Below, piece after piece: positions 1 through 9,704 of a DNA stretch of 64,000 nt. The position numbers were made by a program, and so were the translations under genes. This DNA comes from an uncultured Methanoregulaceae archaeon. GTDB lineage: Archaea > Halobacteriota > Methanomicrobia > Methanomicrobiales > Methanospirillaceae. A model generated the notes under the pieces. The model did no database searches, had not been told where the DNA came from, and saw only the letters and a program-made list of their open reading frames with translations. The DNA is taken from contig CAVTTL010000001.1 in assembly GCA_963737635.1 (NCBI GenBank), forward strand, positions 448,001 to 512,000, written 5' to 3'. How positions within the stretch are numbered: the stretch's first letter is position 1; each line of letters begins with the position of its first letter.

Positions 1-603
1 AAAGACTGCAGTAAGATCGGACCTGACACGATCCCGGTCTTCGGGATGAATATAGTCCAGCGGATCCTTTCCGTTCAGCGATCCGAGAGGATATCCGAGG
101 ATCTTTGACGATGATGGGGAATCATAGGCAATCATACCATTGCGGTCAAGAATACGAATAATATCAGAAGCATTCTGGAAAATCGCCCGGTACCGTGTTT
201 CGGCTTCCCGGAGTGTTTGTTCGGCACGTGATCTCCTGACAATCTGGCGGATCTTCTCCGCAAGTTCGGCAAACTGGGAACGGGGGTCGCCGCCTTTCTG
301 GAGATAGGAATCGGCACCGCTGTTGATAGCCTCGATCACCACTTTTTCCCGGCTCTTCCCTGTGAAGATAATAACCGGTGTAGTATTTCCCGATTTCCTG
401 ACCTGCTGTAAAAATTGGATCCCATTCAACCCTGGCATCTGGTAATCTGAGACGATGGCATCGTACCGGTGATCACGCAGAAGATCGATCGCTTCCTCTG
501 CGGATTGGGCCGGACTGACTCTGAATTCCCCGGTCTGCTCAAGAAACAACTGTGTGATCTCGAGCAGCGCAGGTTCGTCATCAATAGTGAGAACGTGAAT
601 CAC
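1..603 (-). CDS. Response-regulator receiver + PAS domain signalling protein (runs off window start)
   Basis: Manual minus-strand translation from GTG at 603: VIHVLTIDDEPALLE...AIVSDYQMPGLNG...IFTGKSREKVVIEAINSGADSYLQKGGDP (REC), then RYRAIFQNASDIIRILDRNG...YIHPEDR (PAS). Not in the ORF track because it is open-ended. Confidence 0.9.
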   Translation of the reverse strand, partial: MIHVLTIDDEPALLEITQLFLEQTGEFRVSPAQSAEEAIDLLRDHRYDAIVSDYQMPGLNGIQFLQQVRKSGNTTPVIIFTGKSREKVVIEAINSGADSYLQKGGDPRSQFAELAEKIRQIVRRSRAEQTLREAETRYRAIFQNASDIIRILDRNGMIAYDSPSSSKILGYPLGSLNGKDPLDYIHPEDRDRVRSDLTAVF

Positions 604-719
604 AGAAACTACACACCAGATATGATCGGGTTGTCGTATACGTTATTAAACAATTCCTCTTCTGGAAAGGTCTTGGCTGCCCCCATCTGAAAAACCGGAC
701 TACTAGGCGAAGGAAAAGA

Positions 720-1660
720 TCACGTTTTACCCGTAATCGCAGATTGTTCTCTCGTGGGAACAATGGAAACAATGCTGCCGTGAATCTTTCCCTCGAGAGA
801 CGTTTTAAGCCGATCACTTGTTGCTTGTACCTGTTCCTCATCTTCAGCTCTTGATCGAACCCAAGAAAGATATCGATATATATCTTGCTGCCGGAACGCC
901 GTGATCGGACACCGTAAAACCCATTGTATTCATTAAAGATTGCGGAGAGCTCCTTGAGGATGACGATTTGCAATTCCTCTTCGAGGGTTTTGTCGAAAAG
1001 ATCAGGGAGCGAAGAGGAGATCTCCCGGAAACCCGCAATGAGCAGGAACCCGATGATGATAAACGATACCAACGGGTCGATATAGGTGGCCCAAGAATAC
1101 CCGATAAGGACAAACGAAAAGACAAGAGCGAGAAGGACTGCGATGTCAGCAAAGGACTTAGCCCGGCGGAGCCGCCACTGGGCTTCCATGATGGGGGACG
1201 GGTCAGTCTGTGAGATCCGGTAGTTTTTCTTCCAGAGGAAGGTATCGATGACGGCAGAAATGATCATGAGGGGGACAGCAATGATTGCACCAGCCGGCTG
1301 GAGCGTTTCGGGAACGAAGATCCGGTGGAATGCGGTAAAGAAGATAATGATGATTGAGACCATCATAACGGCGCCAGTAGCGCCCCGGGTGAACGTCTCG
1401 AACTTTCCCATCCCGTAATCATACGTGAAAGGCGCTCCCTTTTTCATCTTCAGAAGGATAACCAGCGCAAAGACAGTGGCAAGAATCTCGTTGCCGCATT
1501 TCATTACATCGGCAAAAAGGGTGACCGAACCGGAAAGAACGACTGCCACTATCTCCGGGAGCCAGAGTGCAATGTCGCAGAGAAGGCTGAATACGACCGT
1601 CTTCTCTTTTGAGGTGGTTGCTCCCGCATCTCCGCCACCCTTTCTCAAAACCGGTTCCAT
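720..1660 (-). CDS. Cation diffusion facilitator (CDF) family transporter, frameshift near 836
   Basis: Multiple TM segments, YDYGMGKFE and IDPLVS motifs, C-terminal VRSRRSGSKIYIDIFL domain. The natural C-terminus EQVQATSDRLKTSLEGKIHGSIVSIVP...* lies in another frame ending at 720. Confidence 0.8.
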
Positions 1661-1796
1661 AGGATACCTGATATTTTGTCCCCAAGAGGCTAAAAGGCAG
1701 ATCGATCAAGATCCGGTATTGATGTTATCTGCAAAATAAATCGCAGTTATCGCCAGATTTATTAAAATTCCCGTTAAAATGTATTTTATTTAAAAG

Positions 1797-2381
1797 GTGA
1801 TAGATATGAAACGATCTTTTGTAATTGGGATAATGTGCTGTGTGCTCATTCTCGCAGCAATACTCTTTGCAGGGTGCAGCGAGAATTCCGCACCGTCCCC
1901 CGCAACAACAACTACCACGCTCCCACCAACGGCCGCGCCAGTCGCCAACGTGCTGGCTGTTACGACAACGTCGGTAAGTGCCACACCCGTACCAACCGGA
2001 GCTGCAACGCCCATACCAACGACAGCTGCCGGACAGGCCTCTAATGCTTCTGTACCGACAATCTTTGTGAATAGTACCTCAAACGGGGATATATTCACGA
2101 TCCGGGCCAACGAAAGGGTTCTTGTCAGGCTCAATGAGAACCCCACAACAGGGTACTCGTGGAATGCAACCGTCTCGAAAGATCTTACGGTTATCTCTGA
2201 TACCTACATCGCGCCGAACAGCACCCTGGTCGGAGCTGGAGGCTACCATGAATGGATCCTTGCACCGGAGTCCCCGGGAACGTATACATTCAAGGCAGTC
2301 TATATACGCCCATGGGAAGGCGTATCCTCAGCCGCTGATACATTCAGCATAGTTATCGTGGCAAGCCCGGCGACGGAATAA
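1797..2381 (+). CDS. Secreted/lipoprotein with chagasin-like (I42) protease inhibitor domain
   Basis: Signal peptide with LFAGC, Thr/Pro/Ala linker, then ENPTTGYSW, VGAGG and YIRPWE motifs typical of I42 inhibitors. Confidence 0.85.
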   Translation: MIDMKRSFVIGIMCCVLILAAILFAGCSENSAPSPATTTTTLPPTAAPVANVLAVTTTSVSATPVPTGAATPIPTTAAGQASNASVPTIFVNSTSNGDIFTIRANERVLVRLNENPTTGYSWNATVSKDLTVISDTYIAPNSTLVGAGGYHEWILAPESPGTYTFKAVYIRPWEGVSSAADTFSIVIVASPATE

Positions 2382-2411
2382 GCGCCCTGGCTTCATCCTC
2401 ATAAAAACATC

Positions 2412-2420
2412 TTTTTTTTT
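2412..2420 (+). terminator. Oligo-T archaeal terminator candidate
   Basis: T-run about 30 nt after the stop of the I42 gene. Confidence 0.4.
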
Positions 2421-2491
2421 CAGATCAGGATCTGGTAAGTTCAAGACGGTAAATTGATGAAGATTATGATAAAATGATATAGTGAACAATT

Positions 2492-2662
2492 ATGGATCGT
2501 CAACATACCTGTAAAACCTGCGGGGCATTTATCCCCCGGACTGAACTGCTCATATCCCGGTGCAACAACACCGGTGCATCGCCACTCTCAGACCACAAAA
2601 TGAGTAAAATAAAACGCACGGGGTGCCCGGTCTGGTCGTCATTAAGCCAGAATGAAAAGTAA
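2492..2662 (+). CDS. Putative 56-aa Cys4 microprotein
   Basis: ATG..TAA ORF MDRQHTCKTCGAFIPRTELLISRCNNTGASPLSDHKMSKIKRTGCPVWSSLSQNEK fills an otherwise empty gap, with AT-rich upstream sequence and a T-run after the stop. Confidence 0.55.
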   Translation: MDRQHTCKTCGAFIPRTELLISRCNNTGASPLSDHKMSKIKRTGCPVWSSLSQNEK

Positions 2663-2747
2663 TTTTTTTCATGATGCATTAACAGCCGGTTCCTGTTTTC
2701 TCAGGGTCGTAAAAGAGGGGCTGTCAACCCAAAAAATGAACCAGAGT

Positions 2748-3505
2748 CTATCCGAGCGTCACGTTCTCCCCGGCTTTTCCTACAGCAGCGAGATATACCG
2801 GCCACTGTGTTTCCATGTCCAGATTTGCGAGTTTTCCCATCAGCTCGTCATGGAAGAGGTCGATGGGGAATACCTCGTAGCCGAGCGATGCAGCAGACAG
2901 GATCAGGTTCTGGCAGGTATGTCCAGCTTCAATGAATGCGCTCCGGTACCCCCGGTTGCCTATTGCCCACACGGAACGGTAGGGAATCGCAACCCAGAGG
3001 AAGGTGATCGCGGCGCGGGTAATAATCTTGAAATTCATGCTTGCCGTACTCATCTCCAGCGGGAGACCGGAATCGAAGCGTTCAGCCACGATGCTATGTG
3101 TGGAGGGAAGATAGCGGTAGAGCCCGGTTTCAATACTGTCGACTTCCCCGGTGACAAAATAGGTTTCCAGAGGGTACCGGGAGCCGCTGGACGGCACGTT
3201 CCGGATTCTGGATCGTCTCCGCCACTGTCTTCTTGAACCCCTGCGTGCACCAGAGAAGGTACCGAGAGTTCCTTCAGATTGATAGATGAGCGGGAAAAGA
3301 ACCCGACCGGTTCCCAGCTCTCGATGGCAGAACGGACCGATGTGTCCGGTACTTTGAACTTCTTCGGGCTTGGGAGCTTGATGACCCTCTGCCCTTCCCG
3401 GACCGGGAGTTCATGGGGCGGTTCCGGGACACGCAGGACGAGGTCAACCGTAGAATAATCCGGGTATCGTGTCCCTTTGATGAATGCATTGCCAATATCG
3501 TTCAT
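2748..3505 (-). CDS. SagB/ThcOx-like nitroreductase family protein (frameshifted, split 3050..3505 / 2748..3197)
   Basis: PSSGSRYPLETY, GLYRYLP, RGYRSAFIEAGHTCQNLILSA motifs. The N-terminal half is in a different frame. Confidence 0.85.
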
Positions 3506-3515
3506 AGGATCCTCT

Positions 3516-3538
3516 TCGGGAACACCATCTGTTCCCGA
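3516..3538. promoter_or_regulatory. 9-bp inverted repeat between putative TATA box and start of the nitroreductase gene
   Basis: TCGGGAACA-ccatc-TGTTCCCGA, with minus-strand TTTTTAAT at 3545-3552. Confidence 0.45.
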
Positions 3539-3599
3539 TAATGATTAAAAATAGACTGGGGGCCGGTCTGGCCGGGTGCGTGTGATGTATTGGGCCGGA

Positions 3600-4403
3600 T
3601 CATGCCGCCTTCAGGTACAGGTTAGCGTAGACAATCTGGCCCTTGCTCTTGGTGTGGCGTTCGCCGAGATCACCGATATAGTGGTCGAAGGTGAACGTTG
3701 CGCCATCGATCTCCTTCTCGACCCGGTCGACCTTCTGGTAACCCGGCATCATGAACTTGATATTGCCGAGCACGTACATGTCGCCCTTGACCATCTGGCC
3801 ACCGATACGGCCCTCAACATCCCCCTTGATGATGACAGTGCCGCCTTCTGCATGAGTGGAAACGTGGATGAACGCGTTCTTCTCGATAATGATCGTGCCG
3901 CCGAGCATGAAGGTGCCGATGTCATTACCGGCATTCCCCTTGATCCGGATCGTGCCACCCTTCATGCCTCTCCAGTCGCCGCGATAAGCGCAGCCGATAT
4001 GGTTCTCGGCATTGCCGTCAACGAGGATCTCGCCGCCTTCCATCTGGATTCCGCAGAAAGAGTGGACATTGCCGATAACGTGGATTTTTCCGCCTCTCAT
4101 CCAGCCGCCCACATACATGTCTGCGTTGCCGTTGACTGTAACGGTGCCGGCTGTCATTTTAGAGCCGATGTACTTCACGCGGGTGCAGTCGCCTGCAATC
4201 ACGATATCGGTATCTGCTGCGGTAGCGCCTGCCTCACCGCTGACGGTGAAGAAGTCCCCGATTTTGACGTGGATCTTGCCTTCGTGGCCCGGGAGTTCGG
4301 CAATCTGGGCTGAAGTCTTTCCTGCGAATGCATCGGGTGTGATGCTGTATCCTTCGAACATGAGCTCGGGAACCTTGGTGGGCTTTAGTGTGACTGTTGC
4401 CAT
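3600..4403 (-). CDS. fwdC: Formylmethanofuran dehydrogenase subunit C
   Basis: Beta-helix GxxMxGG repeats and AYRGDWRGMKGG; last gene of the fwd cluster. Confidence 0.95.
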   Translation of the reverse strand: MATVTLKPTKVPELMFEGYSITPDAFAGKTSAQIAELPGHEGKIHVKIGDFFTVSGEAGATAADTDIVIAGDCTRVKYIGSKMTAGTVTVNGNADMYVGGWMRGGKIHVIGNVHSFCGIQMEGGEILVDGNAENHIGCAYRGDWRGMKGGTIRIKGNAGNDIGTFMLGGTIIIEKNAFIHVSTHAEGGTVIIKGDVEGRIGGQMVKGDMYVLGNIKFMMPGYQKVDRVEKEIDGATFTFDHYIGDLGERHTKSKGQIVYANLYLKAA

Positions 4404-4412
4404 GATCGCACC

Positions 4413-6143
4413 TCAGGCCTCCACATCAACATCGATGACAAACGGGTGGGGAGCAAGGTAGTCCCGGACCGGGTAATTGCTGATGTCGACCGTGTATGTT
4501 CCCTTATGGAATGCCTCACTGACATCGCGAGTAACCTGCGGGTTCTCGGGCATCTTGACATTGACCCAGACGGTTTTCTTGTGTCCGTGGCCGAGGACTT
4601 CGCCATCCCTGACGACGACTTCGCCGCCCCGGATGAAGCAGGACGCATTGAGGAAGGCAGACTCGATCTTCTCCGGGTCCTTGGGCAGGTCCTTGTAGTT
4701 GAGGTCAAAGACTGCTACGCTGCCATCAAGTCCCGGCGACAGGCCGCCGTAGATGTTGCCGAGGCCAAGGCATTTTGCCGGGCCGGACCGGGTCATCTGG
4801 GCGATCTCGTAGAGGGTGAGTTCGCGGTCGATGCCGTGGATATAGGTTGCATTGATGACCTTGTCCGTATTCTTCATGGTTGCAAGGGTCGCTTCACGGG
4901 CCTTCTTGCTCATCAGCCACTTGATGACGCGGGGATAGCGGATAAACGGTCCTGCATTCGGGTGGTCAGTGGTGATGAAGGTCCGGTTCATATCCTTTGC
5001 AAAGAGTGCCAGTTCAAGACCAGTTGCCCACTGGATTGCATTGGGCAGGACATCCTTGCTGTAGATGTAAGGGACAATACCGGCTGCGGTTTCCAGCTCA
5101 ACATCAACATTGGTCCATTTCAGATGGTTGAGGGAGTGAAGGTGATGCTCGAACGGGCCGTCGGCTGTCATCGTGGTGGTCTCGTCCAAAGTCACGCAGC
5201 CGAGATCGATGGTGATATTCTTCTGCTTGTTGACATAGTCCATGACTTCTTTGGCCTTGGAGCAGAAGGTTCCCCATCCGTCCCCGCCATACGAGTGGAA
5301 CTGGAGGTGAGTGGAGTGCAGGACCTGTCCACGGCCGAACTTGTTTTTGGCTTTGACTCCTTCAGCAAGTTTGAGGGATTCGAGGGTATCCGGATAGTTA
5401 CCAGGATTTCCGAGATTATTCTGGTGGACATGAATTGAATGCGGAAGACCGAGGTACTCGTTTGCCTCCATGAGGCCTTTGATGATCTCCCCGGGTGTAA
5501 TCTCGAAGTATGGAACCCGCTCGCCAAGGTTTAAGCAGTTGAGTCCCCATGCCCATGCAGCAGTGCCTCCGGGGTTGACGATTTTGATTCCATAGCCTTT
5601 CGTGGTCTTGAGGAGCCAGGCGATATAGGCTGCAGTATTCTCGATCTCATTGTTCTTGAGGTACTCCATGACGAACCAGTTGTTACCAAAGACCGGCAGT
5701 GCTGCTTCGTCAATGATGGGGGTGTCGTGGATCTCCTCGTGCACGTGCGGGGCGAGGAGCGGAGGCATCGCCGCTTCCATGACAAATGAATATCCCATAC
5801 GGGCGTAATCGTACCCGGTCTTGAATACCGAGGGGATAGAGAAGCCGGATTCCATGCGATAGCCGTTCTTCTGTGCCATCGCGCTCCTGAAGGTTCCTGA
5901 TAAGAGCTTGTCCTCGGGCCTGAGCAACCGCCCGGCATTGACCTTGGGGCCGGCCACGTGGGAGTGGACATCCACGCCACCCGCCATGACAATCTTGCCT
6001 TTGGCATCGATGACTTTTGCGGAAGAACTGACTTTCTCGACAATCTTGCCGTCCTTGATGGCGACGTCACCGACATCCCCGTCTATCTTCCGGGTCGGAT
6101 CGATGATAAATCCGCCCTTTACGATAAGTTCACCTGACGACAT
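4413..6143 (-). CDS. fwdA: Formylmethanofuran dehydrogenase subunit A
   Basis: Amidohydrolase motifs DVHSHVAG, KIVNPGG, HLQFHSYG, TTDHPNAGP. Confidence 0.97.
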   Translation of the reverse strand: MSSGELIVKGGFIIDPTRKIDGDVGDVAIKDGKIVEKVSSSAKVIDAKGKIVMAGGVDVHSHVAGPKVNAGRLLRPEDKLLSGTFRSAMAQKNGYRMESGFSIPSVFKTGYDYARMGYSFVMEAAMPPLLAPHVHEEIHDTPIIDEAALPVFGNNWFVMEYLKNNEIENTAAYIAWLLKTTKGYGIKIVNPGGTAAWAWGLNCLNLGERVPYFEITPGEIIKGLMEANEYLGLPHSIHVHQNNLGNPGNYPDTLESLKLAEGVKAKNKFGRGQVLHSTHLQFHSYGGDGWGTFCSKAKEVMDYVNKQKNITIDLGCVTLDETTTMTADGPFEHHLHSLNHLKWTNVDVELETAAGIVPYIYSKDVLPNAIQWATGLELALFAKDMNRTFITTDHPNAGPFIRYPRVIKWLMSKKAREATLATMKNTDKVINATYIHGIDRELTLYEIAQMTRSGPAKCLGLGNIYGGLSPGLDGSVAVFDLNYKDLPKDPEKIESAFLNASCFIRGGEVVVRDGEVLGHGHKKTVWVNVKMPENPQVTRDVSEAFHKGTYTVDISNYPVRDYLAPHPFVIDVDVEA

Positions 6144-6144
6144 C

Positions 6145-7521
6145 TCAGATCACCGCCGGTGACTGGGGGTATTTCCGGTCTTCCTTTGCTGCGAGCCAGA
6201 TCGGTTCCGTATTGGTCAGCTCGCACATCCGCTCGTAAACCCGGTCAAAGAGTTCCTCGTCGCTTGGTACGCCCGGGAGACCCTTGATGACCGCCCGAAA
6301 CTGGATCGGGACATTGTCCATACGATAAACAACACCCGGCTCATCGACACCGGCAATCCGCACGGGGATGTGGAGGTCTGCGATCTCGCTCGCCATACAG
6401 AAGTTGGGGTCGACCGTTATGAACGGGTGCTTCTTTAAGTGCTGGACTGCTTGGATCGGGAAGTGTGCTCCTGCATCTGTGCCGACATTGACAAAGCAAT
6501 CAACTTCGTCCCGCATCGCAAGGTCGACCGAACTGGTCTCGCCCGGGTTCATATGGGCGTGCGTGCCCTTGGAAAGGTCGATGCAGTACGGGAACCCGAA
6601 CTGCCAGGACCAGACTTGGCCGGGGCCGGCAATGTTGTAGTGGCCCCGCATCGCCATGATCGAGCATTTGGTGTGGTTGTTGAGATCACGGGTCAGACTG
6701 ATCGCGTGGTCAATATTGTGGTTGCGGCCATCCGTGTGTGTACATCCCATGCCAAAGAAGATCATACAGAACCTTGCTTTCTTCATGATCTCGACAGACT
6801 TCTTGATCGTCTCCTTTTCGATACCGGCTACCTTGTCAGGGATGTCGAAGCCCCGGAGTACGGTCCGGAATGCATCGAAGAGCTCATAGTCGTGTCCCTG
6901 ATCGAGCATGAGATGGATATCGGCGAGCTTTGCGGTATCGGTCTGGCGCGGGTCAACGCTGATGACCGTCCGCTGCATCTGGCCCTTCTGGGTGAAGTAG
7001 CCGCGGGGGAAGATCGAGTACCGGGAGGTGTGGCGCGGATGGGCATGCATCGGGTTGCAACCCCAGAAGACCACGACATCGGCACGATTCTTGGCCTCGC
7101 CGAGCGTGCAGCTCGGGTAGCCGTTGTCGAAGATCGCTAAAAAGGAGGGGCCGTGGCAGATGGTCGCACAGTTGTCGAGCACTGCACCTGCTTTTTCTGC
7201 AATACGAGCGACGGCGCTCATGCCTTCGCAGTTGGTGGAGCCAAAACCGTAGATAAGCGGCTTTTTTGCGGCAAGCATGGTCTTTGCCATCCAGTCGATC
7301 GCTTCATCGTAGGATATCTCCTTCATCGAGCCGTCGGGTTGCCGCATTCGTGGGAGTTTCGGGCGGGTGGGATCGTTCGCGTGATGGAAGAGGTTGCTCC
7401 CGATGATGCAGGAGTTGTGCACTTCAAGGATCTTTGTTTCATCGTCGGAGACAAGCACTTCGAGATCATCGCAGGACGACCCACAGTACGGGCATCCGAC
7501 ACCCTTGATCAGTTTTGGCAT
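6145..7521 (-). CDS. fwdB: Formylmethanofuran dehydrogenase subunit B (Mo/W-pterin, Cys ligand)
   Basis: N-terminal CPYCGSSCDD Fe-S motif, ICHGPS metal-ligand Cys, HAHPRH, MRGHYN. Confidence 0.96.
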   Translation of the reverse strand: MPKLIKGVGCPYCGSSCDDLEVLVSDDETKILEVHNSCIIGSNLFHHANDPTRPKLPRMRQPDGSMKEISYDEAIDWMAKTMLAAKKPLIYGFGSTNCEGMSAVARIAEKAGAVLDNCATICHGPSFLAIFDNGYPSCTLGEAKNRADVVVFWGCNPMHAHPRHTSRYSIFPRGYFTQKGQMQRTVISVDPRQTDTAKLADIHLMLDQGHDYELFDAFRTVLRGFDIPDKVAGIEKETIKKSVEIMKKARFCMIFFGMGCTHTDGRNHNIDHAISLTRDLNNHTKCSIMAMRGHYNIAGPGQVWSWQFGFPYCIDLSKGTHAHMNPGETSSVDLAMRDEVDCFVNVGTDAGAHFPIQAVQHLKKHPFITVDPNFCMASEIADLHIPVRIAGVDEPGVVYRMDNVPIQFRAVIKGLPGVPSDEELFDRVYERMCELTNTEPIWLAAKEDRKYPQSPAVI

Positions 7522-7522
7522 G

Positions 7523-7933
7523 TTATTTTCCTCCTTTCCAGAGTCCTACTGCACCCTGTACCAGCTCAAGGGCGCTTTTGAGTCTTTCCTGCGGTGCCGG
7601 TTCGATAGTTACCGGGAACCCACTGTACTGGGGAGTACCAGTAGACTGGGTTCGCGGAGGAACTACCTGGTTTGCCCAGACTCCCTGCCTGATGTGAGCA
7701 AGGCCGGGCGGGCAATACTGGGTCGGCTCGATTGCCTTGACGACAACGCTACCGCACTCACTGGTAACAAGGACATTGGTATTCTTCCAGATGCCAAGCC
7801 GCTTCATGTCCTCTGGGTTTATCTCGCAGATCGAGCAGGCCTCGAAGTAGTCGGGGTTGGTCTTGCCCTTCTCCATCGCGGCGCCTTCCTCGATCGAGCG
7901 CTGGGTGATCATGTTCATGATAATTTTTGCCAT
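7523..7933 (-). CDS. fwdD: Formylmethanofuran dehydrogenase subunit D
   Basis: Molybdopterin dinucleotide-binding domain, GVWANQV...TGTPQYSG; located in the operon. Confidence 0.93.
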   Translation of the reverse strand: MAKIIMNMITQRSIEEGAAMEKGKTNPDYFEACSICEINPEDMKRLGIWKNTNVLVTSECGSVVVKAIEPTQYCPPGLAHIRQGVWANQVVPPRTQSTGTPQYSGFPVTIEPAPQERLKSALELVQGAVGLWKGGK

Positions 7934-7949
7934 GGATATTCCTCGATAC

Positions 7950-8219
7950 TTACGGCAAGCTCGGTGCCAGCGCGCCGGTCTCTCCCCTTCCAGAAAGGGT
8001 GATCACTTTATACGGGCAGGCCCCGACGCAGACGCCGCACCCTGCGCAAAGTTCCATCTTCACGTCAAGGCTGATCGATTTTCCGTCCTTGACGTGGTAG
8101 ATCTTCTCCTTTGTCACGGGGTCAAGCGTAAAGAGCTCGAGAGCATTGACCGGGCAGGCAACCACGCAGTTCCCGCATCCGGTGCAGCGGTTCATGTTTA
8201 CATGTACTGAAAAAGCCAT
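7950..8219 (-). CDS. fwdG: 2x[4Fe-4S] ferredoxin-like subunit G
   Basis: CTGCGNCVVACP and CAGCGVCVGACP motifs; first gene of the fwd operon. Confidence 0.85.
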   Translation of the reverse strand: MAFSVHVNMNRCTGCGNCVVACPVNALELFTLDPVTKEKIYHVKDGKSISLDVKMELCAGCGVCVGACPYKVITLSGRGETGALAPSLP

Positions 8220-8275
8220 GCACATCACACACATTTAAGAAAGTTAATGAGATTTTTATTTGATGATCTGTAGTT

Positions 8276-8310
8276 TACTATAATTAATAAACCTTTGGAA
8301 AAGACTTTTC
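8276..8310 (-). promoter_or_regulatory. fwd operon promoter (BRE/TATA) with adjacent palindrome
   Basis: Minus strand CAAAGG-TTTATTAA at about 8284-8297, with palindrome GAAAAG-a-CTTTTC at 8298-8310. Confidence 0.5.
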
Positions 8311-8476
8311 ATATCTGTTAAATTTTTTGAAGTACACGACGTCTCAATAGAAGTATCCAGAACAAGAATGGGCTTAATCTGAAGCAGAGAGGAAGTTGGG
8401 ATATATCTGAATCATAGCAATTGGTTGAGCCGATGTGTATTCTTCGACCGGCCGCTTTTCCCGCTAGCTATCGAAT

Positions 8477-8605
8477 AAAAAGAGCAATGCCCAAAACCGC
8501 TATTGCGGGTTACACGATTGCGCCGGGACTTCTACTGCCTGCCCCATTCTTCCGGGGCGACCTTCCCGTGCTTCGCGTCCCGGAACCTCTCCTCCGGCAC
8601 TAATC
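8477..8605 (-). ncRNA. Candidate structured RNA of unknown family (alternative: 35-aa ORF 8500..8607)
   Basis: GC-rich island in AT-rich intergenic DNA with nested stems UAGUGCC/GGCAUUG, CCGGGAC/GUCCCGG, GCCCC/GGGGC, CCGC/GCGG, followed by a U5 tract. Confidence 0.35.
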
Positions 8606-8662
8606 ATATGTAAGAATACGTAACAACGAAGATGTTCCTGTTCGAAAATATGCTTGTTCCCT

Positions 8663-9664
8663 TCAGAACCAGCTTTCCAGGGTTTTCTGCCCGGATTTTA
8701 CGGTGTACCGTTCGAGCGCCGCATCGACCCGCTCTCGGGCAAAATCGTACTCGTCACAGAGCATTCGTTTTATCCCTTCAGCATCAGGGTGGGCCCACGA
8801 AAGGGTATACTCTGTTGTAACCGGTGGCCGCAGGAAGAGATCCATCACCGGTACCGGATCGAAACCAGGGCATTTCTCCGCTATTTTTGCGGCAAACTCT
8901 CCTTTTTGCACAATCTTCAGGCCCGTCTTTGCCCCTACACCTTCAATGCCCGTATTGAAGTCGGTTCCGATAAGGATTCCCACTTGGATCAGCTCCTCCC
9001 GGGTCAGTTTCAATCCGGCAAGAACCTCGGCGAGTACCATCTTTTCAGGAGAGACTGAAATGACCCGGCCATGGATCTTGCGTTTCCCGCTTACCGTGAG
9101 GTTCCGCATAAGCAGAGGTGCGCCAAAAAGCAGGGTGTCATAATCCTGTGAGACCGCATACCGGGCATCGCCCCTTTGTACCATAAAGGCCGCCTGTGCC
9201 TCTCCTTCCCCGGCTGCCTGAACATATGGAATTCCCATCAGATCGAGAAGTTCTTTGGATGTCTTGACGATCGTTTCATCCACCCGTGTCGATGACCGGG
9301 CCTGCCGGTACGCCTCCTCCTCGTCTCCCCGCTCGACTGCATCCTTCCACTTCTCCCCGGCCTCATCCCTGCTTCTGCGGCGCACTGCAATCGTCGCCTC
9401 TTTGAGATCCGGAGGTTTCCCATCAAAAACAAAGACCGGTTTTATTCCTTTTTCGAGAAAATTGACCATCCGGAACAGGATCCCTGAGAGATGTGATGTT
9501 ACCCGTCCGCGATGATCCATCAGAGGTGTCCCGTCAGGCTGCCGGATGATTGTTAGAAACTGATAAAGCGCATTGTTCGCATCGACTGCAGCCACCCCGG
9601 AAAGACCCTCCCATGTGACCGGCGTCTTGTAGTCAGCGATTATATCCCGGAGTGCGACACCCAT
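8663..9664 (-). CDS. fen: Flap endonuclease 1
   Basis: MGV start, YQFLTIIRQPDGTPL, EGEAQAA, SQDYDTLLFG, C-terminal PIP box QKTLESWF. Confidence 0.98.
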   Translation of the reverse strand: MGVALRDIIADYKTPVTWEGLSGVAAVDANNALYQFLTIIRQPDGTPLMDHRGRVTSHLSGILFRMVNFLEKGIKPVFVFDGKPPDLKEATIAVRRRSRDEAGEKWKDAVERGDEEEAYRQARSSTRVDETIVKTSKELLDLMGIPYVQAAGEGEAQAAFMVQRGDARYAVSQDYDTLLFGAPLLMRNLTVSGKRKIHGRVISVSPEKMVLAEVLAGLKLTREELIQVGILIGTDFNTGIEGVGAKTGLKIVQKGEFAAKIAEKCPGFDPVPVMDLFLRPPVTTEYTLSWAHPDAEGIKRMLCDEYDFARERVDAALERYTVKSGQKTLESWF

Positions 9665-9704
9665 GACCCGTTATCTCCTTATGTAGCGTTTGGTGCCCGG
9701 ATTC

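Noticed and set aside
4446-5438. Long antisense ORFs over fwdA (also over fwdC, fwdB, lysA, ku)
   Set aside because: Shadow ORFs produced by GC3-rich codon usage; they have no motifs of their own.
6145-7521. Selenocysteine in FwdB
   Set aside because: The ligand codon is Cys (ICHGPS) and the frame has no in-frame TGA.
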